From a virus (taxonomy: Duplodnaviria > Caudoviricetes): a stretch of DNA of 64,000 bases. Shown here one piece after another: positions 54,793 through 64,000 of this stretch. The stretch spans positions 1-64,000 of IMG/VR virus record IMGVR_UViG_3300021164_001175; one strand, given 5' to 3'. A program made the translations under genes and the position numbers. The notes beneath the pieces are model-generated. The model did no database searches. It saw nothing but the letters and a program-made list of their open reading frames with translations, and had not been told where the DNA came from. Numbering within the stretch: position 1 is the first letter of the stretch; each line of letters starts with the position of its first letter.

Positions 54793-55125
54793 ATGGATTA
54801 TCCACAGCACCCGTTTCATAATTCAACTATTAATCTTGCAAATGGCATATTCAGTATCGGGAGCATAAAGATATCCACAGCCGATAGACAAAAGTGCCCA
54901 GTCTGTGGACATGCCACCGGAGATTGCACTGGAGAAACTGGACCGCCAAAAAGTATTGCTGGATTCAACCAAATTGAGTCGTTGAAAAAAACACAATCAC
55001 TTCTTGTTGAAGAAGATATTTCTGAAGAAAGACAAATCACACCTTTTAACAAGATTCGAGTAGTTATTCATCGCAAGGGGAGTTATATTTCCTTGGACGA
55101 GGCCAAGAAATTTGGTCTTCTCTAG
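54793..55125 (+). CDS. Hypothetical protein
   Basis: CPVCGHATGDC; leaderless start. Confidence 0.6.
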   Translation: MDYPQHPFHNSTINLANGIFSIGSIKISTADRQKCPVCGHATGDCTGETGPPKSIAGFNQIESLKKTQSLLVEEDISEERQITPFNKIRVVIHRKGSYISLDEAKKFGLL

Positions 55126-55197
55126 GATATTTCACTATTTGTTTGTGGAGTACAATAGATTCCTCTAATCGTGACTACTTAATCTAAAAGGGGCTTT

Positions 55198-57123
55198 ATG
55201 TCTTACATTGACGACTCTCTCGTTGCTTCCTACTCAACACAAACACCTCCCTGGGGATTTAGCGGTCTTGGTGAAATTGTTTATTTGAGGACCTATTCAC
55301 GCAAGAAGGACAACGGTGATTTGGAGAGCTGGCCAGAAACTCTCCAGCGAGTAATCAATGGAGCAATTGAAGTTGGCGCAAAACTTTCACAAGAAGAAGC
55401 AGAGAAACTCTTTGACCACTGCTTCAATCTTCGCGCATCTTTTTCGGGTCGCTCACTCTGGCAACTTGGTACGCCGCTTGTTAAGAAGCTCAATGCAACA
55501 TCGCTAAATAATTGCTATTTCACCAACATTGAGAAGATTGAAGACTTTGAGATGTTGTTTGAGTATTTGATGCTCGGTGGAGGTGTTGGATTTTCTGTAG
55601 AGCGAGCAAAGATTCACGACTTACCAAAAGTTCAAGAAGGTGTAGTCATTACCCAAGAGCGAAGTAACGATGCGGACATTATTGTCCCGGACTCCCGTCA
55701 GGGTTGGAAGCGTTTACTTCATGCTGTGCTTAAGTCGTATTTTGAGACCGGAAAATCTTTCAGTTACTCAACGATTTTGATTCGTGAGTTCGGTGCTCCA
55801 TTGAATACATTTGGCGGAACAGCATCTGGACCCGGTGCCCTGATTGAAGGTGTTAAAGATATTTGTGGAGTGCTTGAAAACCGAGTAGGAAAGAAGCTTC
55901 GCTCAATTGATGTTCTTGACATCTGCAACATCATTGGTCGAATTGTTGTTTCTGGTTCATCACGTCGCTCAGCACAGATTGCGATGGGTGACCCAGACGA
56001 CGTTCTGTTCCTTCGTGCAAAGAACTGGGGTTCAGGGAATGTTCCAGCATGGAGAGCCAATTCAAACAACAGCATCTATGCCGATTATTACGAAGAAATT
56101 CAACCAGAACTCTGGAAGGGTTATGACGGAACTGGAGAGCCTTACGGTTTGCTGAATCGTCGCCTTGCTCGACGCTTTGGTCGTACTGGAGAAGTGAAGG
56201 TTGATAATTCAATTGAGGGTTTTAACCCATGTGCGGAAATCGCACTTGCGGATGGCGAATCCTGCAACCTTGCAACATTGTTTTTACCGAACATTGATTC
56301 CTATGAACAATTTGTAGAGATTTCAACTCTTCTGTATAAGGTACAAAAGCAAATCACTCAGATGTCCTACCCATACGAAAAGACAACGAACATTGTTCGC
56401 AAGAATGCTCGCTTGGGACAATCCATAACTGGAATCCTGCAGTGTGAAAGCGAAAAAATGACATGGCTTTCGGATGGCTATCAGGCTCTTGTTGACTACG
56501 ATGCAAAATTCTCAAAAGAGAATGGATTGCCAACATCGGTAAGACTCACCACCGTTCAGCCTTCGGGAACATTGTCCCTTCTCCCAGGTGTGACTCCAGG
56601 AATCCATCCTGCATATGCCAAGTACTACATTAGGCGTGTTCGTTTCGGTTCCTCTGACCCACTTGTTGAAGCATGTCGCAAGCGTGGATACAAAGTTCAG
56701 TGGGACATGGGCCTAGATGGAAGAGAAGACCACACACGTTATGTTGTGGACTTTCCGTGCGAATCCCCAGAGGGTTCCATCCTTGCCAAAGACATGACAG
56801 CCGTAGAACAGTTGGAATGGGTAAAGAAAATGCAGACGGAGTGGGCAGACAACGCAGTATCCGTAACTGTCTATTACCGCAAGGAAGAACTTCCACTTAT
56901 CCAAGAATGGTTGTCAAAGAATTACGATAAGAGTGTAAAGTCCGTTTCATTCTTGCTACATACTGACCACAACTTCGTTCTTCCTCCATACGAAGAAATC
57001 ACAGAAGCTGAATACATAAAGTTTGCATCAAAAATTGACTTAACAATTCCGATGGTTCAGCGTTCGTTTGACGGAGAGTTGGATTTGGATAACTGCTCCA
57101 CTGGCGCGTGCCCGATTAAGTAA
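55198..57123 (+). CDS. nrdJ: Class II (adenosylcobalamin-dependent) ribonucleotide reductase, monomeric type
   Basis: RTYSR, SLNNC, GGGVGFS, RRSAQI, NPCAE, CNLA, TTVQPSGTLS, AVSVTV, C-terminal CSTGACP. Confidence 0.92.
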   Translation: MSYIDDSLVASYSTQTPPWGFSGLGEIVYLRTYSRKKDNGDLESWPETLQRVINGAIEVGAKLSQEEAEKLFDHCFNLRASFSGRSLWQLGTPLVKKLNATSLNNCYFTNIEKIEDFEMLFEYLMLGGGVGFSVERAKIHDLPKVQEGVVITQERSNDADIIVPDSRQGWKRLLHAVLKSYFETGKSFSYSTILIREFGAPLNTFGGTASGPGALIEGVKDICGVLENRVGKKLRSIDVLDICNIIGRIVVSGSSRRSAQIAMGDPDDVLFLRAKNWGSGNVPAWRANSNNSIYADYYEEIQPELWKGYDGTGEPYGLLNRRLARRFGRTGEVKVDNSIEGFNPCAEIALADGESCNLATLFLPNIDSYEQFVEISTLLYKVQKQITQMSYPYEKTTNIVRKNARLGQSITGILQCESEKMTWLSDGYQALVDYDAKFSKENGLPTSVRLTTVQPSGTLSLLPGVTPGIHPAYAKYYIRRVRFGSSDPLVEACRKRGYKVQWDMGLDGREDHTRYVVDFPCESPEGSILAKDMTAVEQLEWVKKMQTEWADNAVSVTVYYRKEELPLIQEWLSKNYDKSVKSVSFLLHTDHNFVLPPYEEITEAEYIKFASKIDLTIPMVQRSFDGELDLDNCSTGACPIK

Positions 57124-57519
57124 TTACTTAAATTCAGTCCAAGTCTTATCGCCAACACCAAAATACTCTCTGGCATATCCAGATTGGATGATGTCCTTAT
57201 TTAGACATGCCGTGGTTGGGTCGTCAACTTTGTCTGAACTGTAAATTCGTGCAAGAACACGTCCATACTTATCGTTTTTATCTGGAATGGTATTAACAAA
57301 AACCCACTGATGATTTGTTAGCCAGTCTTTAGTAAAAGATTTGGCTTTAAGACCCATCTCTTTTTCAGCGAGGTCTTTTGTTCTTGACTCTGGGGTGTTG
57401 ACACCATATAGTCGCACACGAATTTTGTGATGGATACTGAACCCGAGGTCAATCATAAGGTCGACCGTGTCACCATCAACGACATTTAGAACAGTTGCTC
57501 CGTACCAGAATCTTTGCAT
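57124..57519 (-). CDS. Thermonuclease (SNase-like)
   Basis: VVDGDTVD; RVRLYGVNTPE; DKYGRVLA. Confidence 0.9.
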   Translation of the reverse strand: MQRFWYGATVLNVVDGDTVDLMIDLGFSIHHKIRVRLYGVNTPESRTKDLAEKEMGLKAKSFTKDWLTNHQWVFVNTIPDKNDKYGRVLARIYSSDKVDDPTTACLNKDIIQSGYAREYFGVGDKTWTEFK

Positions 57520-57568
57520 ATAGTAATTATCTCATATCCTTGGGTATCTATGATTATGTATAGGTGGA

Positions 57569-58117
57569 TTAAATTGCATCAATAATTAGATGTATCCGAT
57601 GGTTGTCCCCAAGGTTTTTCACACTATGGTGCCTTCCTACATTATCCACAATCCATATTTGACCAGGCTTTAAGTTTTTTGATTCACCACCAACGGTGAA
57701 TATGCAATTTTCGTTGGTTATTACCGGAACATGTATTCTATGAGTTGCACTATGGATTTCGGCGGTTAGCGGATTCCCGACATCCTTGTGTTTGGGGATT
57801 TCGCCGTTTGCCCTAAGTCTTGCCAGAACCGCTTGTTGGATTTTTACATTACCAATTTTCCCTACTGTGGCCAGAACGATTTCGTCTAGATACTTGCTAA
57901 ATTTTCCATAATTTTTGTGAAAGATATCTGACTGTAGTTTTTGCTTTACGTCGTAAACCAAAGGGATGGTGTCAGTGTTCCCTCCAGCAGCACCGCCAAT
58001 TTTTTTGCGTTCTTGATATTCAAACCAGTCTTCTGGGGTTAAGGATATGACTTCACCAAGAAGGTCGTCAAATGACGGCATGTCGCCAATAAATTGAAAT
58101 GCTTCATTTTCTTTCAT
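57569..58117 (-). CDS. Aspartyl/asparaginyl beta-hydroxylase-family 2OG oxygenase
   Basis: IPKHKD; HRIHVPVITN; HSVKN; RIHLIID. Confidence 0.82.
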   Translation of the reverse strand: MKENEAFQFIGDMPSFDDLLGEVISLTPEDWFEYQERKKIGGAAGGNTDTIPLVYDVKQKLQSDIFHKNYGKFSKYLDEIVLATVGKIGNVKIQQAVLARLRANGEIPKHKDVGNPLTAEIHSATHRIHVPVITNENCIFTVGGESKNLKPGQIWIVDNVGRHHSVKNLGDNHRIHLIIDAI

Positions 58118-58140
58118 ATGTAAATGTTCCCATATATAGC

Positions 58141-58180
58141 AAAAACCCCGCCCACCCCCTAAGGAGCGAGCGGGGTTTGT
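58141..58180 (-). terminator. Intrinsic terminator after the major capsid gene
   Basis: Minus strand: AAACCCCGCTCGCTCC-TTA-GGGGGTGGGCGGGGTTTTT. Confidence 0.85.
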
Positions 58181-58189
58181 GCTTAATAC

Positions 58190-59503
58190 TTATTCGCCGT
58201 TTGGTGCTGCGTCGAAGGTTACTTCAACGAACGACTCCGGACGCTTGACAGCAAGGGCGAGACGTTGCTCGGCCAAGATGACAATTGCGTTGCGGATGAA
58301 GAAGTCTGCATGCTGTTCCGAGATACGGATGCTTGCTTGTTCACGGTCATAGAGCTGTGCGCCCTGACCAAATGAACCAACAAGTGCCTTACCCTCGGTC
58401 ATTGCAGGAGTTTCAACGATTGGCAAACGCCATACCTTTGGCTCGCCACCCATTGCAACCGAAACTGCGATGAGGTACTGGCCATTGCCATCCTTGGTCA
58501 ACTCAATGTCTTCCCAATCGTTTGGATGCATTACAACACCCGATGGCTCGTAGTAAGCCAAGAACGAAAGAGTTGCTGCACGACGGATTGCATCAGCCTT
58601 GGTGTCAATCATACCTGGGTTTGTTGCCGAGTATGCACCATCAGACCAATCGTAGGTCTGAATGCCTGATGTCTGAAGAATACCGGTGAGGTTTTCGCCA
58701 GAGCCATCGCCATTGAGGATTTGAGCATCTTCCTGAAGACGGAGACCGTACATCAGTTCGTTATCAATGATTGAGCGTAGTTGTGGCTCATCAGCAAGAA
58801 CGTTTCTGTGTGCTGCCTCCCAGTGTGCAAGGGTCTTGACCGAAGTCTGTACACCCTCAAACGACATGCTTGACTGTGGCTTAACACCAAAGGTTGCCGA
58901 AGCTCCACGCTCTGCAACTGCTGCGGCGTTGTTCGTGAAACCAGTCATGCGGAAGTATTCAATGATTGCTGCAGTCGTGGTACGAACTGGGAACAAGTCA
59001 CGAACTCTCTTCGTGCGCTTTGGCTGAATGACGATTGGGTCACGCTGAACAGTGCCGAACTGGTCTGGGAAGCCGCTTGGCATTGAGGTGTAAACATCCT
59101 TAACGCTGTAGCTGCCCGAGAGGCTTGAGCCGTATTGGAAAGGTGCTGGCATGTTTGCGCCATTCTTTCCACCATTAAGGGACTTGAATTCCGTTGAAGC
59201 AAGGAATGCTTCGCCGATTGACTCGAGTCGACGGGTTGGGATTGCGTAGCCAGCGGCAGCTGCAGCAGCAACTGATTGACCACTTGCCTCGGAGCCCCAC
59301 TCTTTAACAGTGTTCATGGCTTCCATGCCGTCAATCAAGGACTTGATTTCCTTGATGTCTGTCATGTTCTTGTCAAATGCAGACTTTTGCTTTGCATCAA
59401 CGATTACGGTGCCATTTTCAACTTTGAAAGAGTCGGCGATTGCTTTGTTTTCCGACATTTTAGTGCGGAGAGCTCCTTGGAGCTCCTTTAGATTTTCTGA
59501 CAT
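58190..59503 (-). CDS. HK97-family major capsid protein with N-terminal delta domain
   Basis: VKTLAHW, LADEPQLRSII, QILNGDGSG, VMHPNDW, FIRNAIVILAEQRLALAVKRPESF. Confidence 0.93.
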   Translation of the reverse strand: MSENLKELQGALRTKMSENKAIADSFKVENGTVIVDAKQKSAFDKNMTDIKEIKSLIDGMEAMNTVKEWGSEASGQSVAAAAAAGYAIPTRRLESIGEAFLASTEFKSLNGGKNGANMPAPFQYGSSLSGSYSVKDVYTSMPSGFPDQFGTVQRDPIVIQPKRTKRVRDLFPVRTTTAAIIEYFRMTGFTNNAAAVAERGASATFGVKPQSSMSFEGVQTSVKTLAHWEAAHRNVLADEPQLRSIIDNELMYGLRLQEDAQILNGDGSGENLTGILQTSGIQTYDWSDGAYSATNPGMIDTKADAIRRAATLSFLAYYEPSGVVMHPNDWEDIELTKDGNGQYLIAVSVAMGGEPKVWRLPIVETPAMTEGKALVGSFGQGAQLYDREQASIRISEQHADFFIRNAIVILAEQRLALAVKRPESFVEVTFDAAPNGE

Positions 59504-59623
59504 GATATTCCTTTTTGTTGTGGAAGGTGAATTATTGAGGTCAGCTCAGGTAAGCACCCAACCGATACCTATCAAAAATAGCAGAGATATTCTATTAGTT
59601 AGGGGAACTACTAATAAATACGG

Positions 59624-60247
59624 TTATTTTAGTTTGCGCTTTTTTAACTCTTGATTAATAATGGTTCGGATGCCTTGGCGCATATCTTCCCGTTGGCCAC
59701 GACGACCAAGTGCTGTTGTGCCTGCCAAACGGGCATAATCACTCATGTTTGTGCACGGAGTCCAGACAGTTCTGCCGTTTTTTGATGTTCTTCTTGAGAT
59801 TCCGACGCAACCCAACCGCCTAGACCTGATTCTTGCGGATTCTGGCTCCATGAATACATCTGGGTCATTGTCCCTTGGTGCAGAAATAGGAACCGCCTTC
59901 CCTCTCACTCCGTACAACCCACCACCAGGCAGGGTTCCAATTCCAGATAGGGGTTTTTCGTTTAGCTTCTCATTTTTCTTTCTCTTAGGTTTTCTTTCCT
60001 CACCGCGCTTTGATGCTTCAATCAATGCAGACTTACCACGGGCGCGAACATCTCTTTTTCGGAGTGATGAAAGGCTATTTGACCCGTACCAAGAATCGCT
60101 TTCGGCAGCATCTGACAGACGCTCCATTTCATCCATGCTTTTACATGGGTGCCATTTGCCGTTCTCATCCTGGTGTGCGCCAGAGCAACCAATGATGATT
60201 GCCATTCTCAGGGCATATGCCTGTTCCTGTTTGTCCTTACTTACCAT
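59624..60247 (-). CDS. Head-cluster protein with duplicated GCxG...WxPC module
   Basis: IGCSGAH...WHPC and LGCVG...WTPC. Confidence 0.65.
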   Translation of the reverse strand: MVSKDKQEQAYALRMAIIIGCSGAHQDENGKWHPCKSMDEMERLSDAAESDSWYGSNSLSSLRKRDVRARGKSALIEASKRGEERKPKRKKNEKLNEKPLSGIGTLPGGGLYGVRGKAVPISAPRDNDPDVFMEPESARIRSRRLGCVGISRRTSKNGRTVWTPCTNMSDYARLAGTTALGRRGQREDMRQGIRTIINQELKKRKLK

Positions 60248-60737
60248 TGCTTTGCTCCATTATCAATGAATCAAGGTAGAGACCTTGGAAGAGTCTTTTT
60301 TGCTTTACTGCCAAAACTGGATAAACCATCGTTTCGGACTTAAACCCTCGGCGACGTCGCCTTTTTCTGCGAAGCCTATTTCTTACAACCCCGAATATGA
60401 ATTCACCGGGATATTTGACTTCAATATCGTTTTCCAAAAGAGACTTCGCTCTTCTTTCTAGTCTTCTGTTGCTGGAACCGACAATTGAATTCTGGTCATT
60501 AATTTCAAATGCCTCAAGAAATTTGTTTAGCACTTCAGAATCTGCGCTTTTCTTCTCTGTAATCATCATCCCGGACGGAGCGGTGGTTTTGGTTGCCGTT
60601 AGGTTCGCTGAGGCAGCCCACTTTTTTGAATGTTTATTGATGCCATATACCTTTTCGCTTTTTCCATCGCTGAATACGATTGCATATGGCTCGTTTCTTG
60701 CAACATCAATAACCAGTGAATAAAACATTTTATCCAC
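60237..60737 (-). CDS. Head-cluster hypothetical protein
   Basis: Overlapping operon context. Confidence 0.6.
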   Translation of the reverse strand: MDKMFYSLVIDVARNEPYAIVFSDGKSEKVYGINKHSKKWAASANLTATKTTAPSGMMITEKKSADSEVLNKFLEAFEINDQNSIVGSSNRRLERRAKSLLENDIEVKYPGEFIFGVVRNRLRRKRRRRRGFKSETMVYPVLAVKQKRLFQGLYLDSLIMEQSNGK

Positions 60738-62712
60738 TTAATCCATCACGAATTAATTGACCAGAATTTGATAGCTGTTCAACCCTCTGTTTAAACAGTT
60801 TTCCGAGCATGTCAATGTGTATCTTTTCACCTTCTGAAAGTTTTCCATCAGTTGAAAGTCTGCTCTTATATTGAGAGACGCTGAATTTTCTTGCTCGTGA
60901 AAGAAGCTGGGCAATAAATCTCCGCATTTGTGCCTGTTGGTCGGCACGTAGTTCTCGGTAGTATTTTGAATACTCAGACATCAATGCTGAACCGAGTAGT
61001 TCATTAATCTTCATCTTCTGTCGCTTCGCAATGGCAATTTTGTCAAGAGCCATCAACCCTCCAGAAACATTGGTTACAGCCATCGGAACGACCCTGTCAC
61101 CCCTTCTGAGTGCAACAACTGAGTCGCTCGTTCTGATTCTTTGGTCTGTTACGAGGTCTGAAACAAGGAGTTTTGCAACATCTTCTGGAGAGAAATCTTT
61201 CCACGTCGCATTTCTGTCAAGCGAAGAACCAAGAATTGCACTTTGCGCATCTTCTCTTAGGTACTTCCTATTGTCACCACTTCCAACCAATAGAACATCT
61301 GGTGACTCAAGTCCGAGAAACTGCTGAACATCTTCGGAGAATCTCTCTGAAAGTGCTTCGTACTTTGATGGTCGTTTGTTGTAGATGTATTTCCGTGAAC
61401 CAAGTTCAATCATTGATGAATTGGTGGAAAGTTTTGTTTCTCTTGTGACACCGTTTGTTGCAAGAACCTTTGCCAAAATAGATGGATTTACATCAGACAG
61501 ACTTCCACCATTGCTGATGTGTGCAATCGCCTCATCAACGGAGTTAATCTTCCCAGTGATTCCAGAAAAGGTTTCGGTTTCTCTGGTTGAGAGATTTGAT
61601 GTTCCGATTGGCTTCATGCGATTCCGCTTGCCGCCAAATGTTTCCTCAACCCACTTCTCTCTATTTTTTCCACCCCTAAAAATCATCTGGTGTGGGTTCT
61701 TGATTTTTGGGAAGTTTTCTGAATACCTAATTCCATCACCAGTTTCGTTGGCAACATACTTGAGTCGTGCAGTTGGGTCGGTTGAGATATCAATGGAATT
61801 AGCAGTATTTACTGTTCGTCCAAGCTTTCTTCTTTCCCCAACTGTGAGTTCTCTGACCTTTTGTAGAGAGAATGTGTTTCCACCAGGTGTTACATAAAGC
61901 AATTGATTGACACCGGTATTTGAAAGCAAACCGAGTTCATCTCTGCCGAACTCTGTCTGGCCTAGTGCGGATTGAATGTATGTTGCGCCTTCCATGTCCC
62001 TGTTGTCTGGGATTGCTCGGAGAACTGATGCAGGAACAACTGGCTGCAATACAAAACCATCACGTCTTACGAGTCTAAAATTCCTAGTGTCAACACCACC
62101 CAATTGTCTAACCATTTCTGCAACACCGTTTGCGCGAGATGCATTGTTCGCAGTTGAAACTTTTGGAATCTGCACATTTGGAGCACGACTGATTACTGGG
62201 CTGTCAATGTATTCCCCGGCACCCAAAATTCTTCCAGAAGCAGGTTTTCCCTTCGGTCCTTTGCCAGCCTTCTTTAGTGCACCTATAGTGAGACCAAGAG
62301 GACTGGGTATATCAAATAATTTTGCGCCGCATGTTGAGAGAAGTGAGTCAGTAAATCGACCACCATATTGGTAACCCTCAGGGCATCTGTATCCACGATT
62401 CTCCCCAGGTCTTGAACCACCAACACCAGGCTTACCTGGGGTGAGTGTTCTATAAACAGCGGAGCGAACAGGCGAGCGGATTGGGTCAGAGTCGCCAGGG
62501 ATAGCAAGACTCAAAAGAGTGCGCCCAAGACGTTTGACTTGAATATCTTTTGATTTCCTACTAAAACCAGTTACGACCGAGATTGCTTTGAATTCCCTAA
62601 TCTCTGATTTGTTTTGTGTTTTGGTGCGAAGAATGTTGTTAGTTGCCGAACTAGTGTCCTGCTTGAGGATTACACGAGTTCTTCTAACTTCTCCACTAGA
62701 ACGATTCGTCAT
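60730..62712 (-). CDS. Large basic head-cluster protein; C-terminal half possibly a degenerate HipA/PI3K-like kinase fold
   Basis: RCPEGYQYGGRFTD..LSTCG; FLGLESPDV; SDLVTDQRIR (catalytic residues not canonical). Confidence 0.6.
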   Translation of the reverse strand: MTNRSSGEVRRTRVILKQDTSSATNNILRTKTQNKSEIREFKAISVVTGFSRKSKDIQVKRLGRTLLSLAIPGDSDPIRSPVRSAVYRTLTPGKPGVGGSRPGENRGYRCPEGYQYGGRFTDSLLSTCGAKLFDIPSPLGLTIGALKKAGKGPKGKPASGRILGAGEYIDSPVISRAPNVQIPKVSTANNASRANGVAEMVRQLGGVDTRNFRLVRRDGFVLQPVVPASVLRAIPDNRDMEGATYIQSALGQTEFGRDELGLLSNTGVNQLLYVTPGGNTFSLQKVRELTVGERRKLGRTVNTANSIDISTDPTARLKYVANETGDGIRYSENFPKIKNPHQMIFRGGKNREKWVEETFGGKRNRMKPIGTSNLSTRETETFSGITGKINSVDEAIAHISNGGSLSDVNPSILAKVLATNGVTRETKLSTNSSMIELGSRKYIYNKRPSKYEALSERFSEDVQQFLGLESPDVLLVGSGDNRKYLREDAQSAILGSSLDRNATWKDFSPEDVAKLLVSDLVTDQRIRTSDSVVALRRGDRVVPMAVTNVSGGLMALDKIAIAKRQKMKINELLGSALMSEYSKYYRELRADQQAQMRRFIAQLLSRARKFSVSQYKSRLSTDGKLSEGEKIHIDMLGKLFKQRVEQLSNSGQLIRDGLSG

Positions 62713-63331
62713 CTTTGTCAAGCAACCCATCTAGACCGCCGCAGCAGTCATTATCATAAGAAGTAGAAAATGGAATTGATTTTTCTCCAACTCCAGAAAT
62801 TGAATCACCAACGATTTCCCAGTTATCGTGGTTTCTCACATAGTCGCTGAACTCTGGTTCTGAATCCACAAAATCTTTAAGTGCTTTCGCAGCCATTCTG
62901 TAGTCGTCGCCCGTGACGATGCTGTCCTCTGCTTCTGGCATGCCCTTGAACTCGGCAAAGAAGATGTCGTCTGACTTTCGCTTGGAGAGACGTCTTGAAA
63001 AGTCTGCATCACTCCAGTTCTTTAACTTCTTGAGTTTCCCCTTGCAGTTCTTCATTCCTGGATGGTGACAACCTTCGTTCGGCCAAAGCCCAGTTGTCTC
63101 ATGGTGTAGCCAAGCACAAATTCTTTCAAGTGGATAAAGTTCGGGATGGTTGGCAAGGATTACTCGGCAACGGCGAAATCCACCTTCTTTGCGCATAATC
63201 GGTCGCCAGTAACGCAAGAGGCGCTCAAGATTCCCCCGTCGTGGACCATATCCACGAGTACGAGCAGTAACGATTTCTTGTGGAACGAGACCACCAAGAG
63301 GGCCGCCAGCCTTGCTCTCAAGATTAGACAT
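62696..63331 (-). CDS. Head-cluster protein with GFRRC...CAWLHHETTGLWP module
   Basis: Module resembles ones I recall from actinophage head-maturation genes. Confidence 0.6.
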   Translation of the reverse strand: MSNLESKAGGPLGGLVPQEIVTARTRGYGPRRGNLERLLRYWRPIMRKEGGFRRCRVILANHPELYPLERICAWLHHETTGLWPNEGCHHPGMKNCKGKLKKLKNWSDADFSRRLSKRKSDDIFFAEFKGMPEAEDSIVTGDDYRMAAKALKDFVDSEPEFSDYVRNHDNWEIVGDSISGVGEKSIPFSTSYDNDCCGGLDGLLDKDDESF

Positions 63332-63730
63332 TCACAGCCTCTCGTTCATTTGCATCATTAATATTGCCACCTTTGTTTGCATTTCCATTGCACCACTTGA
63401 ATTCTTTGGCTTGGCGGCACCAACTTGGATTACTTGGATTGGTGTGGTGTCAAGGATTTCTTTATCAAAGGGAACTTTTCTATTAACAAAAACATCAGTC
63501 CATACCCTTAGGTCTTCACCTTGTGGCTCGCTCCATAGGGTCTGCTGAAATTCGTTTTCCTGCATTTCCTCAAGGTCGTTCCTAGAGCCAACCCAAGCCC
63601 AGAATGGGACTAAGAACTTTTTCCCATCTTTCTTGACGACGATTCCTGTTTTTTCCGAACTGGTTCCCTCTTCAACAACGAAGTAGACCTTGTCCCCAAG
63701 CGATGTTCTTGCCACAAGTACGGAGTTCAT
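63332..63730 (-). CDS. Hypothetical protein
   Basis: Operon context. Confidence 0.6.
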   Translation of the reverse strand: MNSVLVARTSLGDKVYFVVEEGTSSEKTGIVVKKDGKKFLVPFWAWVGSRNDLEEMQENEFQQTLWSEPQGEDLRVWTDVFVNRKVPFDKEILDTTPIQVIQVGAAKPKNSSGAMEMQTKVAILMMQMNERL

Positions 63731-64000
63731 ATCTTTATCTCTGCAAGTTCGTTTCTTGTCTTCTGAATCTTCTTCAATGCAGCCTTTAGTTCATCATCAA
63801 TCTCGGTTTGGATACGTGTCCGAAGAATATCCTCAACATCGCCTTCGTCTTGATTTGATAATGAATACGCCCTCGGGGAGAGCATGTCCATTCCGTGCTT
63901 GTGGGAGAACTGGACCTCAGGGATGCCCATTTTTTTGTATCTGTCGCTAATTTCTTGGCTCTTTCTGTATGCACGTAGTTGCTGCATTGCAGATGTGTTA
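63727..64000 (-). CDS. 3' end of a gene truncated by the window edge
   Basis: Reading frame continues to the window end; ATGA coupling to the downstream gene. Confidence 0.55.
   Translation of the reverse strand, partial: NTSAMQQLRAYRKSQEISDRYKKMGIPEVQFSHKHGMDMLSPRAYSLSNQDEGDVEDILRTRIQTEIDDELKAALKKIQKTRNELAEIKI

Noticed and set aside
55198-57123. Intein or intron in RNR, helicases or capsid gene
   Set aside because: ORFs are continuous and of normal size with no splicing motifs.
47844-58117. Asparagine-centred pathway (tRNA-Asn, AsnO-like enzyme, Asp/Asn hydroxylase)
   Set aside because: The genes are unlinked and family names do not establish substrates; probably coincidence.
1-64000. Alternative genetic code, diversity-generating retroelement or retron
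   Set aside because: Standard-code ORFs tile the window densely, and no reverse transcriptase or template/variable repeat pair was seen.

Overview
64 kb internal fragment of a large tailed dsDNA phage genome (HK97-fold major capsid protein), most likely infecting an actinobacterium. The host inference rests on two WhiB genes, an M15 endolysin, widespread leaderless genes and an actinobacterial-type ferredoxin; freshwater Acidimicrobiia is a guess. Layout: (1) 1-8 kb: membrane beta-helix protein, lysis genes, phosphoesterase, proteasome-beta/HslV-like protease, WhiB, tRNA-Asn and tRNA-Arg. (2) 8-13 kb: replication-initiator/loader-like genes punctuated by a polar ~20-bp repeat. (3) 13.5-39.9 kb: accessory/early region with dozens of small ORFs, an AAA+vWA pair, a modular C5 methyltransferase with a nested ORF, SNF2 helicase, SSB, second WhiB and primase-helicase; 16 copies of a fixed-length 34-bp promoter-like element organise this region. 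(4) 40-47.5 kb: a ~2050-aa multi-domain protein whose modules (3 HExxH peptidases, WYL+DEDDh exonuclease, others) are separated by five copies of the peptide GFASRG, followed by a dense palindrome cluster. (5) 47.8-58 kb: metabolic genes (clavaminate-synthase-like and Asp/Asn hydroxylase 2OG oxygenases, ferredoxin, class II RNR, DUF932, thermonuclease). (6) 58-64 kb: major capsid protein and upstream putative head genes. No CRISPR array, integrase or transposase was seen. All product calls come from motif recognition by eye; no database searches were run.
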